A stretch of DNA of 64,000 bases from Aquificaceae bacterium (GTDB taxonomy: Bacteria; Aquificota; Aquificia; Aquificales; Aquificaceae). The DNA is taken from assembly GCA_037925075.1 (NCBI GenBank), contig JAXSNR010000001.1, positions 736,001-800,000 of the forward strand, given 5' to 3'. Of this stretch, positions 17,421 to 27,338 are shown one piece after another. The notes beneath the pieces were generated by a model. That model did no database searches and had not been told where the DNA came from. It saw only the letters and a program-made list of their open reading frames with translations. The translations under genes were made by a program, and so were the position numbers. The stretch's first letter is position 1, and each line of letters starts with the position of its first letter.

Positions 17421-18488
17421 TCTTTGAAGGGCACCATCGCCACCAAGGGCATATCTGAGTCTTTTAAACTCCGACCTTTGCCTATCTTTCCAGTTTGGGT
17501 CTTTATCAAGCCTTAACAAAAAGCCACATAGCTCTTTTGGACTTTTCTGAAGAAGCTCCGGCACCACATCCCTTTGAAGTATCAGGTTTGTCAGGGCTAC
17601 ATTTTTGACCTTTACAAGAAGCCTTCCAAGCAAATAGGTAAAAGGGCTAACTCTATAAAAAACTACATGCGGAGAGTTCAAAAGGCTCGCTTCAAGCTCC
17701 GCTGTTCCACTGGCAAGAAGTGTAAAGTCCGCATAAGCCATAAGGTTATAGGAGGGTTTTTCGAGGTCTTTGGAGGTAAAAACCCTCACAGGTAAGCCCC
17801 TAAAGGTTTCCTCAAGATAAATCCTAAAGCTTTCAAAGGTGGGCACAAGAAAAGGAAGCTCTGGCTTTAGACACATAAGAAGCTCTCTCAGGTAGCTTGC
17901 ATGCCTTTTTATCTCACTCCAACGACTGCCGGGCAAGAGGGCTACATACCTTTCAAAGCCAGTTAGCCTGTTTAGCTCCTCCTTGCCAAGGGTAGGACTT
18001 GCCAAGTCCACGAGGGGATGTCCCACAAAATGCACCCGAAAGCCCTCCCTTACGTATTTCTTGTAAAAGTCCACCTCAAAGGGTAAAAGCACAATAAGGT
18101 GGTCCGCAAGCTCTGATATGAGCCTTGCCCTGTCCTCCTTCCATGCCCAAACCTGTGGTGAGATAAAGTAGATGACCTTTTTAACTTTACCCTTTGCCCT
18201 CTTGAGAAGGGGTAGGTTAAAGGCTGGTGCGTCGCACAGAACAAGCACATCTACCTCATTTAAAAGACTTTCAATCCTTTTCAAAAGCCTATATACATAG
18301 GGAATTTTGGGAATAGCCTCCGCAATGCCAACCACCGAAAGGTCTTCTATCTTTGCAATGCTTTCAAACCCTATGGATTCAAGCCTCTCATCCGTGATGC
18401 CTATAAAGTTTATACCTTTAACATCTTTGAATATGCTATAAACATAGTTGCTTGCGGACCTCTCACCTACGGAAAGGAAAACTCTCAT
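17382..18488 (-). CDS. lpxB: Lipid-A-disaccharide synthase
   Basis: SVGERSA, DAPAFNL, YFISPQVWAW, VGHPL, LLPGSRWSEI, ASGTAELE. Confidence 0.95.
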   Translation of the reverse strand: MRVFLSVGERSASNYVYSIFKDVKGINFIGITDERLESIGFESIAKIEDLSVVGIAEAIPKIPYVYRLLKRIESLLNEVDVLVLCDAPAFNLPLLKRAKGKVKKVIYFISPQVWAWKEDRARLISELADHLIVLLPFEVDFYKKYVREGFRVHFVGHPLVDLASPTLGKEELNRLTGFERYVALLPGSRWSEIKRHASYLRELLMCLKPELPFLVPTFESFRIYLEETFRGLPVRVFTSKDLEKPSYNLMAYADFTLLASGTAELEASLLNSPHVVFYRVSPFTYLLGRLLVKVKNVALTNLILQRDVVPELLQKSPKELCGFLLRLDKDPNWKDRQRSEFKRLRYALGGDGALQRLRNLFLQLFYEG

Positions 18489-18913
18489 CCAGACTTGGCA
18501 AACAGGCTAAAAAGCCCTTCCCCTTCCCTCTCAACCCTTACCTTCATGCCTTCCAAACTTACAAAAAGGGCATAAGAGACTTCAACCCTGCCTGAGCTTC
18601 TTATACTTACATACCTTTCCGCCCAGCAACCGTTGGCTTCATTCCTGAAGGTAGCCTTCAGATAGGCACCGTCGTGATGCTCCATAATCTCCGTAAAAAC
18701 CACCTCCATGTAGTTGTTTTCTTCCACCGCCTCCCGCCAAAGAGGGTCAAGCTTCTTCTCTTCTAACTCAAGCCTTATGCCAAACTCAAGGTCTTCTGGG
18801 TCTGTTTCACTTAGCATAGCTTTTATTCTGTCCTTTAGAACATGGCAAAAACCCTCAAGCTTTGACAGAGCCTTTTCTCTGTACTCTTCCTGTATTGGCA
18901 TGCAAAATATCAT
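18485..18913 (-). CDS. Hypothetical protein
   Basis: 142-aa ORF whose stop overlaps the lpxB start; no family recognised. Confidence 0.6.
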   Translation of the reverse strand: MIFCMPIQEEYREKALSKLEGFCHVLKDRIKAMLSETDPEDLEFGIRLELEEKKLDPLWREAVEENNYMEVVFTEIMEHHDGAYLKATFRNEANGCWAERYVSIRSSGRVEVSYALFVSLEGMKVRVEREGEGLFSLFAKSG

Positions 18914-18943
18914 AACCCATTTTCTGGCTTATATTTTTAACCT

Positions 18944-19576
18944 ATGGAAGAAAAGGTAGAAGAAAGGGTTGATAGACTTGAAAGAATTGCGGAACGTTTT
19001 ATGCAAGAGATGGCGGACTTTAAGGTATGGGTTGTAAAGTTTTTGGAAGATTACAGAAGGGAGATGGATAGGCAGATAAGGGAATACAAAGAGGAGACCG
19101 ACAGAAAAATAGAAGAGGGCAGAAAAGAATTAAGGGAAGCAAACAAGCGTTGGGGAGAAATAGCCAACAAGCTTGGGACAGTTGTAGAAGACATAATTTT
19201 TCCAGCCCTTAGGCCTGTGATAGAAAAATACTTTGGCTGTGAGATAAAAAGGCTTGCTATGAGGCTAACATACAGAGAAAAGGCAAAGGGCATTTATGAG
19301 GAGTTTGATGCGGTAGCGGAGTGCGAAGACAGAGTGTTTTTGGTGGAAGTAAAATCCACACCAAGAGAAAAACACATTGAGGAGTTCAAACTGAAAGGGG
19401 AAAGGTTTGTTAAGTATTTTCCAGCTTATTCCGGGAAAAAATTGGTGCTGATAATGGGAAGTTTGAGGTTTGAAGAAGATTTTATAAAGCTTTTATCCCA
19501 AGCTGGCATCTATGCCATGGCGTACAGGGAGTGGGAGTATATGGATATTCTAAACTTTGAGGAGGTTAAAACTTAA
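18944..19576 (+). CDS. Coiled-coil protein with C-terminal PD-(D/E)XK nuclease-like domain (DUF3782-like)
   Basis: E/R/K-rich heptads, WGEIANKLGTVVEDI, EFDAVA...FLVEVKS. Confidence 0.7.
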   Translation: MEEKVEERVDRLERIAERFMQEMADFKVWVVKFLEDYRREMDRQIREYKEETDRKIEEGRKELREANKRWGEIANKLGTVVEDIIFPALRPVIEKYFGCEIKRLAMRLTYREKAKGIYEEFDAVAECEDRVFLVEVKSTPREKHIEEFKLKGERFVKYFPAYSGKKLVLIMGSLRFEEDFIKLLSQAGIYAMAYREWEYMDILNFEEVKT

Positions 19577-20604
19577 TCCACCTTTAAAACCACCTTTCCA
19601 AAATGCTTTGATTCTTCCAAATACCTGTGGGCTTCTTGGACTTCCTCTAAGGGAAAGACCTTATCCACCATCGGCTTTAGCAGTCCCCTCTCAAAAAGCT
19701 CGGTGATTTTCAAAAGGTCAGCCCTTGGACCCATATACACACCAAGAAGCTCTATTTCGCGTACAAAGATGTACCTTATGTCTATCTGTGCCTCTGAACC
19801 TGTGGTGGTGCCAAAAAACACAAGCCTTCCACCCTTTCTTAGGCACTCCACACTCTTCCAAAAGCTTTTACTACCCACATGGTCCATAACCACATCCACA
19901 CCTTCTTTAAAGAGCTCTCTTACCCTCTTTACCACATCCTCCTCGTAATGGTTTATGACCACATCCGCACCAAGCTCAAGGCACCTTTTGGCTTTCTCTT
20001 TAGAGCCTGCGGTGGCTATCACAAAGGCACCGAAAAGCTTGGCAATTTGAATTCCCGCAACTCCAACACCCGATGAGCCTCCCCATATAAGGACCCTATG
20101 GTAAGGCTTTATACCTGCCTTATTCACCAATGCGTTCCAAACGGTTAGAAAGGTCAAAGGGTATGAGCTTGCCTCCTCAAAGCTGAGGTTTGAGGGTTTT
20201 TTTATCACATTCCTGACGGGCACCTTTACATACTGGGCGTAGCCACCCTTGGACTTAAGACCGAGAATATCGTAGTGCTTGCAGTGGTTGTCATGCCCCG
20301 ACTGGCAGTCATAACAGACTCCGCAGGAAAGTCCTGGAGCGAGTACCACCTCATCACCCTCTTTTACTCCCTCCACAAGGCTTCCCACCCTTTCCACCAC
20401 ACCGCTTATGTCTGAACCCAGTATATGTGGTAGCTCTGGCTTTACCGCAAGGGCTCCCATCCTTACCCATATGTCAAGGTGGTTTAGAGCTACCGCCTTC
20501 ACCCGCACGAGGACCTCATCCTCTTTTATCTGTGGCACTGGAAAGTCTTCCATAAGCCTTAGCTTTTCCACACCACCAAAACCCTCAAGGATAACCGCTT
20601 TCAT
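19573..20604 (-). CDS. Zinc-binding alcohol dehydrogenase / quinone oxidoreductase (MDR family)
   Basis: ALNHLDIW, PHILGSD, CGVCYDC...C structural Zn site, GGSSGVG, HFGKVVL. Confidence 0.9.
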   Translation of the reverse strand: MKAVILEGFGGVEKLRLMEDFPVPQIKEDEVLVRVKAVALNHLDIWVRMGALAVKPELPHILGSDISGVVERVGSLVEGVKEGDEVVLAPGLSCGVCYDCQSGHDNHCKHYDILGLKSKGGYAQYVKVPVRNVIKKPSNLSFEEASSYPLTFLTVWNALVNKAGIKPYHRVLIWGGSSGVGVAGIQIAKLFGAFVIATAGSKEKAKRCLELGADVVINHYEEDVVKRVRELFKEGVDVVMDHVGSKSFWKSVECLRKGGRLVFFGTTTGSEAQIDIRYIFVREIELLGVYMGPRADLLKITELFERGLLKPMVDKVFPLEEVQEAHRYLEESKHFGKVVLKVD

Positions 20605-20621
20605 GGTATGCTTATTATACT

Positions 20622-21902
20622 ATGCATATAGAAGACCTAAGGCATTCCGCATGGAGGTTTAACGAAAGGCTTAACTTCCTTAAAAACAGAGGGCAGTTTC
20701 TTGCGGAGGAGTATGAGCCAGCTGTAAAGGAGATAATACAAAGGGTTCAAAGGGAGGGCGACAAGGCTATTTTGGAATACACAAAGAGGTTTGACGGGGT
20801 GGAGCTCACTTCTGAGACTATGGAGGTTCCCTACGAGGAATTAGAAAGGGCATACAACGAAATAGAGGAGGACGTGAGGTCCGCCCTTGAGATTGCCCAT
20901 GAGAGGATAAGGAGGTTTCACGAAAAGCAGTTAGAGAAAAGCTTTTTTACAGAGGAGGAGGGCGTAATCCTTGGAAACAGGGTTTTACCCTTGGAAAGGG
21001 TCGGCATATATGTGCCGGGTGGAAAGGCGGCTTACCCTTCTACTGTGCTTATGAATACGGTGCCTGCGGTGGTGGCGGGCGTGCAAGAGGTCATAATGGT
21101 CTCTCCCAAGCCAAACCCCTATACTCTTGCCAGTGCCTTTATAGCTGGAGTGAGCAGGGTTTACCAAATTGGCGGTGCTCAAGCTATCGCAGGGCTCGCC
21201 TTTGGGACTGAAACGCTTCCAAAGGTGGATAAGATAGTGGGACCGGGCAACATATACGTAACCCTCGCCAAAAAGCTCCTGTACGGAGTGGTGGATATAG
21301 ACATGATAGCGGGACCTTCTGAGATACTTGTGATTGCGGATGGTACCGTGGACCCCAAATGGACAGCCTGCGACCTTCTTTCTCAGGCTGAACATGATGA
21401 GCTTGCTGGTGCCTTTATGATAACCACCGACGAAGAATACGCAAAAGAGGTTTCTTATTGGGTTAAAAGGCTTCTTGAGGACTTCCCAAGAAGAGATATA
21501 GCCCAAAAGTCCATAGAGAGGTTTGGAACCATCTTTTTGGTGGAAGACCTATACAAAGCCTGCGAGGTGGCAAACCACATAGCACCAGAGCACCTTGAGG
21601 TTTTGACAGAAGACCCCTTTTCTCTGCTTCCTTACATAAAGCACGCGGGTGCCATATTTCTTGGAAAGTATGCGACAGAACCCCTGGGAGATTATGTGCT
21701 TGGACCAAACCACACCCTTCCCACGGGGGGAACCGCAAGGTTCTTCTCACCTCTTGGAGTTTATCACTTTCTAAAAAGGGCTTCTGTAATATACCTTTCT
21801 AAAGAGGGCTTTGAAAAGGTTGCGGAACCCGCAGAAAGCATAGCAAAGGCTGAGGGGCTTTATGCCCACTACTATGCGGTTAGGGTAAGGAGGGAAACAT
21901 GA
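20622..21902 (+). CDS. hisD: Histidinol dehydrogenase
   Basis: [52 protein letters not shown]. Confidence 0.98.
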   Translation: MHIEDLRHSAWRFNERLNFLKNRGQFLAEEYEPAVKEIIQRVQREGDKAILEYTKRFDGVELTSETMEVPYEELERAYNEIEEDVRSALEIAHERIRRFHEKQLEKSFFTEEEGVILGNRVLPLERVGIYVPGGKAAYPSTVLMNTVPAVVAGVQEVIMVSPKPNPYTLASAFIAGVSRVYQIGGAQAIAGLAFGTETLPKVDKIVGPGNIYVTLAKKLLYGVVDIDMIAGPSEILVIADGTVDPKWTACDLLSQAEHDELAGAFMITTDEEYAKEVSYWVKRLLEDFPRRDIAQKSIERFGTIFLVEDLYKACEVANHIAPEHLEVLTEDPFSLLPYIKHAGAIFLGKYATEPLGDYVLGPNHTLPTGGTARFFSPLGVYHFLKRASVIYLSKEGFEKVAEPAESIAKAEGLYAHYYAVRVRRET

Positions 21903-22444
21903 AAAGGCTACTTTTTCTTCCTTTTCTCCTGGCTTCCTGTGCTCCCCTTGTCTGCCCAGAGGGAGAAGAGATAAAAAGGGCTTATTCAGAGTTTAAGGCA
22001 CCTCAGTCTTACAGTGCGGACCTATCTCTTAGGTATGGGCTTTTGAGAGTCCCTATAAGCCTTAAAAAGTCAGAGGGCAGATTTACTATAAGCGGAGAGG
22101 GAAGAACCGCGGAAATCTCCCTTAACAACCTTTGCGTGGCGGGTACTTGTATAGACTTTCCCATAAGTCCAGATGGCATAATCTTTGGCATGGTGCTAGG
22201 GGGTGGTGAGAAGATGGGTTGCTCACCTTCTGGTGTGTATTTTGAAAGGGATGAGGGTATGTTCAAATCAAAATATATTTTCAAGGATGGAAAGCTAAGC
22301 CTTGCAGAGTTTTACGACACAAAAAGGGACAAAAAGCTTACCTTAAGCTACCTTGAGTGGTCAAAGGAAGGCTACGCCAAAGCCCTAAGGCTTCAAACGG
22401 AAAGCATGAGCCTTATCCTTACGGTGGATAGTTTAAAATTTTAG
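21899..22444 (+). CDS. Hypothetical lipoprotein
   Basis: [14 protein letters not shown] lipobox; lies between hisD and lgt. Confidence 0.65.
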   Translation: MKRLLFLPFLLASCAPLVCPEGEEIKRAYSEFKAPQSYSADLSLRYGLLRVPISLKKSEGRFTISGEGRTAEISLNNLCVAGTCIDFPISPDGIIFGMVLGGGEKMGCSPSGVYFERDEGMFKSKYIFKDGKLSLAEFYDTKRDKKLTLSYLEWSKEGYAKALRLQTESMSLILTVDSLKF

Positions 22445-22446
22445 CC

Positions 22447-23259
22447 ATGTACCCCCTTCTGATAGAAATATTTGGCATAAAGATATACACCTACGGTGTT
22501 TTGGTAGCTTTGGGAGCCCTAACTGCCTACTGGCTTTTGCTTAGGCTTGCAAAAAGGGAAGGCATAAACCCAAACCATGTGGAAAACACGCTTCTGCTTG
22601 CCCTTCTTCTTGGCATAGTGGGTGGTAGGGTCTCCTATGTAATAGAACATCCTGAGCAGGTTCAGAGCCTTACGGACATCTTTGCCATATGGAACGGTGG
22701 TATGAACTTTTTCGGTGGTCTTGGGGGTGGAGTGGTAGGTGCCTTGTTGGGAATTCTTAAATATCGCCTGCCCTTCTGGAAGAGTGCAGACATGGCGGTG
22801 GTAGCCCTAAGCATAGCCCATGCCTTGGGAAGGCTTGGATGCACTTCCGCAGGGTGCTGTTATGGAAAGCCCTTTCCAATAGAGGGTTCTACCTTTCCAG
22901 GAGTGCACTTTTCAGACAGGTTTCCCTTTTTTTATCTGGTCTTTCCGCCGGGTGCGGTCGCTCCACCTTATATGCCCTTATACCCCACTCAGCTTATGGA
23001 GTTTGTAGGTCTTGTTTTCATATTTTTAGTCCTCCTTTTTGCCTACAAGAAAAAGCCCTTTGATGGATCGGTGTTTTCCCTGTATATGCTTCTGTACGGT
23101 TTGCTTAGGTTTTCCCTTGAGTTTTTCAGAGGCGTCACACCCCCCATACAAAGCATAGGGCTTACATGGAACCAGCTTGTTGCCCTGACTATGATAATTA
23201 CTTCTATTGTCCTTGCCCTTTGGCTTTTAAGAGAGAAAAAGCATGGGAAGGTGGCTTAA
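22447..23259 (+). CDS. lgt: Prolipoprotein diacylglyceryl transferase
   Basis: [40 protein letters not shown]. Confidence 0.95.
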   Translation: MYPLLIEIFGIKIYTYGVLVALGALTAYWLLLRLAKREGINPNHVENTLLLALLLGIVGGRVSYVIEHPEQVQSLTDIFAIWNGGMNFFGGLGGGVVGALLGILKYRLPFWKSADMAVVALSIAHALGRLGCTSAGCCYGKPFPIEGSTFPGVHFSDRFPFFYLVFPPGAVAPPYMPLYPTQLMEFVGLVFIFLVLLFAYKKKPFDGSVFSLYMLLYGLLRFSLEFFRGVTPPIQSIGLTWNQLVALTMIITSIVLALWLLREKKHGKVA

Positions 23260-24088
23260 AAGAGCTTTCATCTTTGGCATAATAGTTCTTGTGCTGGGAT
23301 TTTTAAGCTCCTTGCTTTCAAGAGTGCCCTTAGGCGACAGGGTTGCGGTCATAAAGGTAAAGGGTGCCATAATTGAGCCAGACAGAGTTGTGTCAAGGAT
23401 CCAGCAGGCAAAGGAGGACAAAAGCGTCAAGGCCCTTGTACTCAGAGTGGATAGCCCCGGTGGTTCTGTGGGAGCGTCTCAGGAGATATACAGAGCCCTT
23501 GAGGACTTTAAGAGTTCTGGAAAGCCCCTTGTGGTATCCATGGGCAATGTGGCAGCCTCTGGAGGCTACTATATTTCAGCACCTGCAGACCTCATATTTG
23601 CCAATCCTGGCACCATAACGGGTAGCATAGGCGTCATCGTCCAGCATACGGAGCTAAAGGACCTCTTTGAAAGGCTTGGAGTAAGGACAACCGCTATAAA
23701 AACGGGAAAGTTCAAGGATACCCTTTCCCCTTTTAGAGAGCTTACCCCAGAGGAAAAGGAGTACCTCCAAAGGACCATACAGGATGCTTACGAACAGTTC
23801 CTTCAGGCTATTTTAAAGTACCGTTCAAAGAAGATAAGTGAGCAAAAACTCAGAGAAATAGCGGACGGAAGGGTCTTTACGGGAAGGGTTGCCAAGGACC
23901 TTGGTCTTGTGGATGAGCTTGGGAACCTTCTGGATGCCATAAACAGGGCAAAGCAGATGGCTGGAGTGCCGGACGCAAGGGTCTTTTATATGGAAGAAAA
24001 AAGAGGCCTTCTTAGGAGGCTGATGGAGGAGGACTTTAAGGGCTTTTTGGGAGAATATCCCTTGATGCTCTACTACCTTATGAAATAA
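23243..24088 (+). CDS. sppA: Signal peptide peptidase SppA (36K type)
   Basis: [31 protein letters not shown]. Confidence 0.95.
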   Translation: MGRWLKRAFIFGIIVLVLGFLSSLLSRVPLGDRVAVIKVKGAIIEPDRVVSRIQQAKEDKSVKALVLRVDSPGGSVGASQEIYRALEDFKSSGKPLVVSMGNVAASGGYYISAPADLIFANPGTITGSIGVIVQHTELKDLFERLGVRTTAIKTGKFKDTLSPFRELTPEEKEYLQRTIQDAYEQFLQAILKYRSKKISEQKLREIADGRVFTGRVAKDLGLVDELGNLLDAINRAKQMAGVPDARVFYMEEKRGLLRRLMEEDFKGFLGEYPLMLYYLMK

Positions 24089-24854
24089 AGGCATAGCCCC
24101 CATATCCTACCACCCTTCTTTTATCTCCAAAGCTGTCCGCGGATGTGCTGTAATCTACGAGGATTGCCTTGATTTTTTTATCCCTTGCGTAAAGGAGTGC
24201 TCCCTCTATACCCCTTTTGCCACAAGCTTGACATTTCTTTCCATCCTCTTCACTTCCTTTCAAGACCCACATATGGCAATGGCTGTCAAGCCTTCTTGTG
24301 GTTTGGTCATCATAGTAATGGCTAAGGTCAGAGCTTATCACAAAGAGAGTGTCTTCATCGCAGAAGTATTCAATGAGCTTTTTTATCTCCCGTGCCTCAA
24401 TTCTTCCATAAACTACGGGAATGAGCAAAAACTCTCCAAGGGCAAGCTGTAAAAAAGGTAATTGGACCTCAAGGGAGTGTTCCCAAAGATGGGGTTCATC
24501 GTAGAAAAGCTCTTTCCTTTTTTCTGCGTATTTCTCAATGCTTATTCTGTCTAAGGGTACCTTTCCGAGAGGTGTTTCAAAGGCTTCAAAGCTTCCAAAG
24601 GAATAGCCTTCAAAATCTACAAAGTGGGAAGGACCAATAAGGAGCACCCTTTTTATAGGCTTTCCCTTGACAAGGGCGTAAACCCTTCCTGCGGCTTTCC
24701 CTGAGTATTCGTACCCTGCATGGGGAGATATGAGCCCAACCACTTTACCCTCTGGCTCAAACCTCTTTTCCATAAGCCCTTCCACCTTTTTTCTTAACTC
24801 CTCCGGGTCTGAGGGATAAAAGTAGCCCGCTACCGCTGGTTTTCTAACCCTCAT
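24078..24854 (-). CDS. amrB: AmmeMemoRadiSam system protein B (MEMO1 family)
   Basis: RKPAVAGYFYP, PHAGYEYSG, GPSH, EHSLEVQLPFL, ISSDLSHY, VVGYG; start moved to ATG 24854. Confidence 0.95.
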   Translation of the reverse strand: MRVRKPAVAGYFYPSDPEELRKKVEGLMEKRFEPEGKVVGLISPHAGYEYSGKAAGRVYALVKGKPIKRVLLIGPSHFVDFEGYSFGSFEAFETPLGKVPLDRISIEKYAEKRKELFYDEPHLWEHSLEVQLPFLQLALGEFLLIPVVYGRIEAREIKKLIEYFCDEDTLFVISSDLSHYYDDQTTRRLDSHCHMWVLKGSEEDGKKCQACGKRGIEGALLYARDKKIKAILVDYSTSADSFGDKRRVVGYGGYAFIS

Positions 24855-24872
24855 GGGTTTAAATTTAGACCT

Positions 24873-25883
24873 GTGAAGGCTGTCGCATGGCTCAGTGAGA
24901 AGAAAGATGGGAAAATACTTTGCAAAGCTTGTTCTCAAAGGTGTTTGCTTGAGGAGGGAGAATACGGAAAGTGTGGCGTAAGGGTAAGGGAAGGTGATAG
25001 GCTTTACCTTACAGTCTACGGGCTTGTATCCGCCATAAATGCGGACCCTATAGAGAAAAAGCCCCTTTATCACTTTCTACCATCCACTTACAGCCTTTCC
25101 ATAGGCACTGTGGGATGTAATTTTTCCTGTCAGTTCTGTCAAAACTGGGAGATTTCTCAGTATCCTCAGACGCATAACTATGAGGTCTTTGGTGAAGAAA
25201 TAAGCCCAGAGGAGATAGTAAGACTTGCGGAGCTATACAAAACCCCTTCTATATCCTACACCTACAATGAGCCTGTTATCTTTTTTGAATTTGCCTACGA
25301 TGTGATGAAGTTGGCAAAGGAAAGGGGTATAAGGAACGTCTTTGTCACAAGCGGTTATGAAACACAGGAAGCCATAGATACAGCCCTTCCCTACCTTGAT
25401 GCCATGAACATAGACCTAAAATCCTTTTCTGATGATTTTTACAGGAAGATATGCGGAGCAAGGTTAAAGCCTGTCCTTAAAACCATTGAATACGCCTTTA
25501 AGAAGGGCATATGGATTGAGATAACCACCTTACTTATACCCGGATACAACGATTCAGAAAAGGAGATCAGGGAGTTAGCCAGATTTATAGCTGGGCTTTC
25601 AAAGGATATTCCTTGGCACATATCCAGATTCTTCCCAGCTTACAGGATGCTTGATGTTCCTCCAACCGCGGTGGAAAAGCTAAAAAGGGCTTACGAGATA
25701 GGGAAGGAAGAGGGTCTTAACTTTGTTTATGTGGGCAACTACTGGAATGAGGACCTTGAATCCACCTACTGCCCCAACTGTGGCAAAAAGGTCATAGAAA
25801 GGCTTGGCTACAGGACCACAAACAGGCTAAAAGAGGGAGCTTGTCCGCATTGCGGGTATAAACTGCCGGGTATCTGGATATAA
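24873..25883 (+). CDS. amrS: AmmeMemoRadiSam system radical SAM enzyme
   Basis: CKAC...C...G.CGVR, DPIEKKPLYHF, GCNFSCQFCQNWEISQ, YTYNEP. Confidence 0.95.
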   Translation: MKAVAWLSEKKDGKILCKACSQRCLLEEGEYGKCGVRVREGDRLYLTVYGLVSAINADPIEKKPLYHFLPSTYSLSIGTVGCNFSCQFCQNWEISQYPQTHNYEVFGEEISPEEIVRLAELYKTPSISYTYNEPVIFFEFAYDVMKLAKERGIRNVFVTSGYETQEAIDTALPYLDAMNIDLKSFSDDFYRKICGARLKPVLKTIEYAFKKGIWIEITTLLIPGYNDSEKEIRELARFIAGLSKDIPWHISRFFPAYRMLDVPPTAVEKLKRAYEIGKEEGLNFVYVGNYWNEDLESTYCPNCGKKVIERLGYRTTNRLKEGACPHCGYKLPGIWI

Positions 25884-25884
25884 A

Positions 25885-25958
25885 CGTGCCCGGGGGGACT
25901 TGAACCCCCGACCTTGGGTTCCGGAGACCCACGCTCTATCCAGCTGAGCTACGGGCAC
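25885..25958 (-). tRNA. tRNA-Arg (anticodon CCG), CCA not encoded
   Basis: Minus strand GTGCCCGTAGCTCAGCTGGATAGAGCGTGGGTCTCCGGAACCCAAGGTCGGGGGTTCAAGTCCCCCCGGGCACG folds as a cloverleaf with anticodon loop CT-CCG-GA and GGTTCAA T-loop. Confidence 0.97.
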
Positions 25959-25979
25959 TTAGAGGGATATAATATACAC

Positions 25980-27338
25980 ATGTTCAGAGAAAAGGTCAAA
26001 AGCTTCCACTTTGTGGGCATAGGTGGGATAGGCATGAGTGGTATAGCCCAGATACTCCTTGAACTGGGCTATGAGGTCTCCGGTTCAGACCTCAGGGAAA
26101 ACAAAAACATAGACCTCCTTAAAAAAAAGGGTGCGCGGGTATACATAGGACACTCTGAGGAAAATCTGAAGGGTGCTCAGGTAGTGGTCTATTCTTCTGC
26201 GGTTTCTGAGGACAACCCAGAGATAAAGAAGGCAAAGGAGCTGGGTATTCCTGTAATACCAAGGGGAGAGATGCTTGCGGAGCTTTTCAGGATTGGAGAA
26301 GGCATAGCGGTATGCGGTTCTCATGGAAAGACCACAACCACCTCCATGATAGCCCATGCCTTTCATGAGGCTGGGTATGACCCTACGGTGCTCATAGGTG
26401 GTGTGCTTCAAAGGTTTGGCTCTAACGCAAAGCTTGGCAAAGATAAGCTTATAATCTCTGAGGCGGACGAAAGCGATGGCAGTTTTCTAAAGCTTTTGCC
26501 CACCGTCGCTGTGATAACCAACATAGACAGGGAGCATATAGGCTTTTACAAGGATATTGAGGACATAAAACATGCCTTTCTTAGGTTTGCGGATGCGGTA
26601 CCCTTTTACGGCTTTGTGGTGCTAAACCTTGACGACGAAAACTGCAGGTGGGTTTTGGAGAAAACCCATAGGAAGGTGATAACCTTTGGTGTAGAACAGG
26701 CATCCAGCTACACCGCAAAAGGGCTTAGGCTTGTGGATGGCAAATACGCTTTTGAGGTTTGGCATGAGGGTAAAAGACTTGGTGAGGTATATCTTGGTGT
26801 GCCTGGTAGGCACAATGTGTATAATGCCCTTGCCTGCATGGCGGTCTGCATTGAGGCTGGGCTAAGCTTTGAGGATGTTAAAAGGGCACTTGAGAGCTTC
26901 AAAAATGCGGAAAGAAGGCTTGAGTTAAAAGGATACTATAGAGAAGCCCCAGTGTATGACGATTATGGGCACCACCCAACGGAGATAAGGGCTGTTATAA
27001 ATGCGGTGAGAGATATGCATCCCGAAAGGAAAATACTGCTTGCTTTTCAGCCCCATAGGTATTCAAGAACCTACCACCTTCTTGAAGAATTTGTAAATGT
27101 ACTAAGTGAAGTAGAGGAATGTCTTCTCACAGACATATATCCCGCGGGAGAGCAAAATCTGTATGGAGTGAGCTCAAAGGAGCTTGCCATAAGGTCTGGC
27201 TGTGTTTATTGTCCTACAAAGGATGAGCTTTTTGAAGCCTTAGAAGAAAGGGTTTCTGAGGACCATGTGGTCCTATTTATGGGTGCGGGTAGCATATCAA
27301 GGTGGTGTGAGGAGTTTCTGGAGTTAAAAAGGGCATGA
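25980..27338 (+). CDS. murC: UDP-N-acetylmuramate--L-alanine ligase
   Basis: HFVGIGGIGMSGIA, GSHGKTTTTSM, EADESDGSF, DDYGHHPTEI, FQPHRYSRT; start moved to ATG 25980, clear of the tRNA. Confidence 0.97.
   Translation: MFREKVKSFHFVGIGGIGMSGIAQILLELGYEVSGSDLRENKNIDLLKKKGARVYIGHSEENLKGAQVVVYSSAVSEDNPEIKKAKELGIPVIPRGEMLAELFRIGEGIAVCGSHGKTTTTSMIAHAFHEAGYDPTVLIGGVLQRFGSNAKLGKDKLIISEADESDGSFLKLLPTVAVITNIDREHIGFYKDIEDIKHAFLRFADAVPFYGFVVLNLDDENCRWVLEKTHRKVITFGVEQASSYTAKGLRLVDGKYAFEVWHEGKRLGEVYLGVPGRHNVYNALACMAVCIEAGLSFEDVKRALESFKNAERRLELKGYYREAPVYDDYGHHPTEIRAVINAVRDMHPERKILLAFQPHRYSRTYHLLEEFVNVLSEVEECLLTDIYPAGEQNLYGVSSKELAIRSGCVYCPTKDELFEALEERVSEDHVVLFMGAGSISRWCEEFLELKRA

Noticed and set aside
24855..25073. 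Long N-terminal extension of amrB in the track
   Set aside because: It is antisense to amrS; family similarity begins at MRVRKPAVAG (24854)
25885..25958. tRNA as an integration site for a genomic island
   Set aside because: No integrase, no duplicated tRNA 3' end seen, and housekeeping genes on both sides
25914..25979. murC extension starting at TTG 25914
   Set aside because: It runs through the tRNA-Arg gene on the opposite strand; MurC similarity starts at ATG 25980
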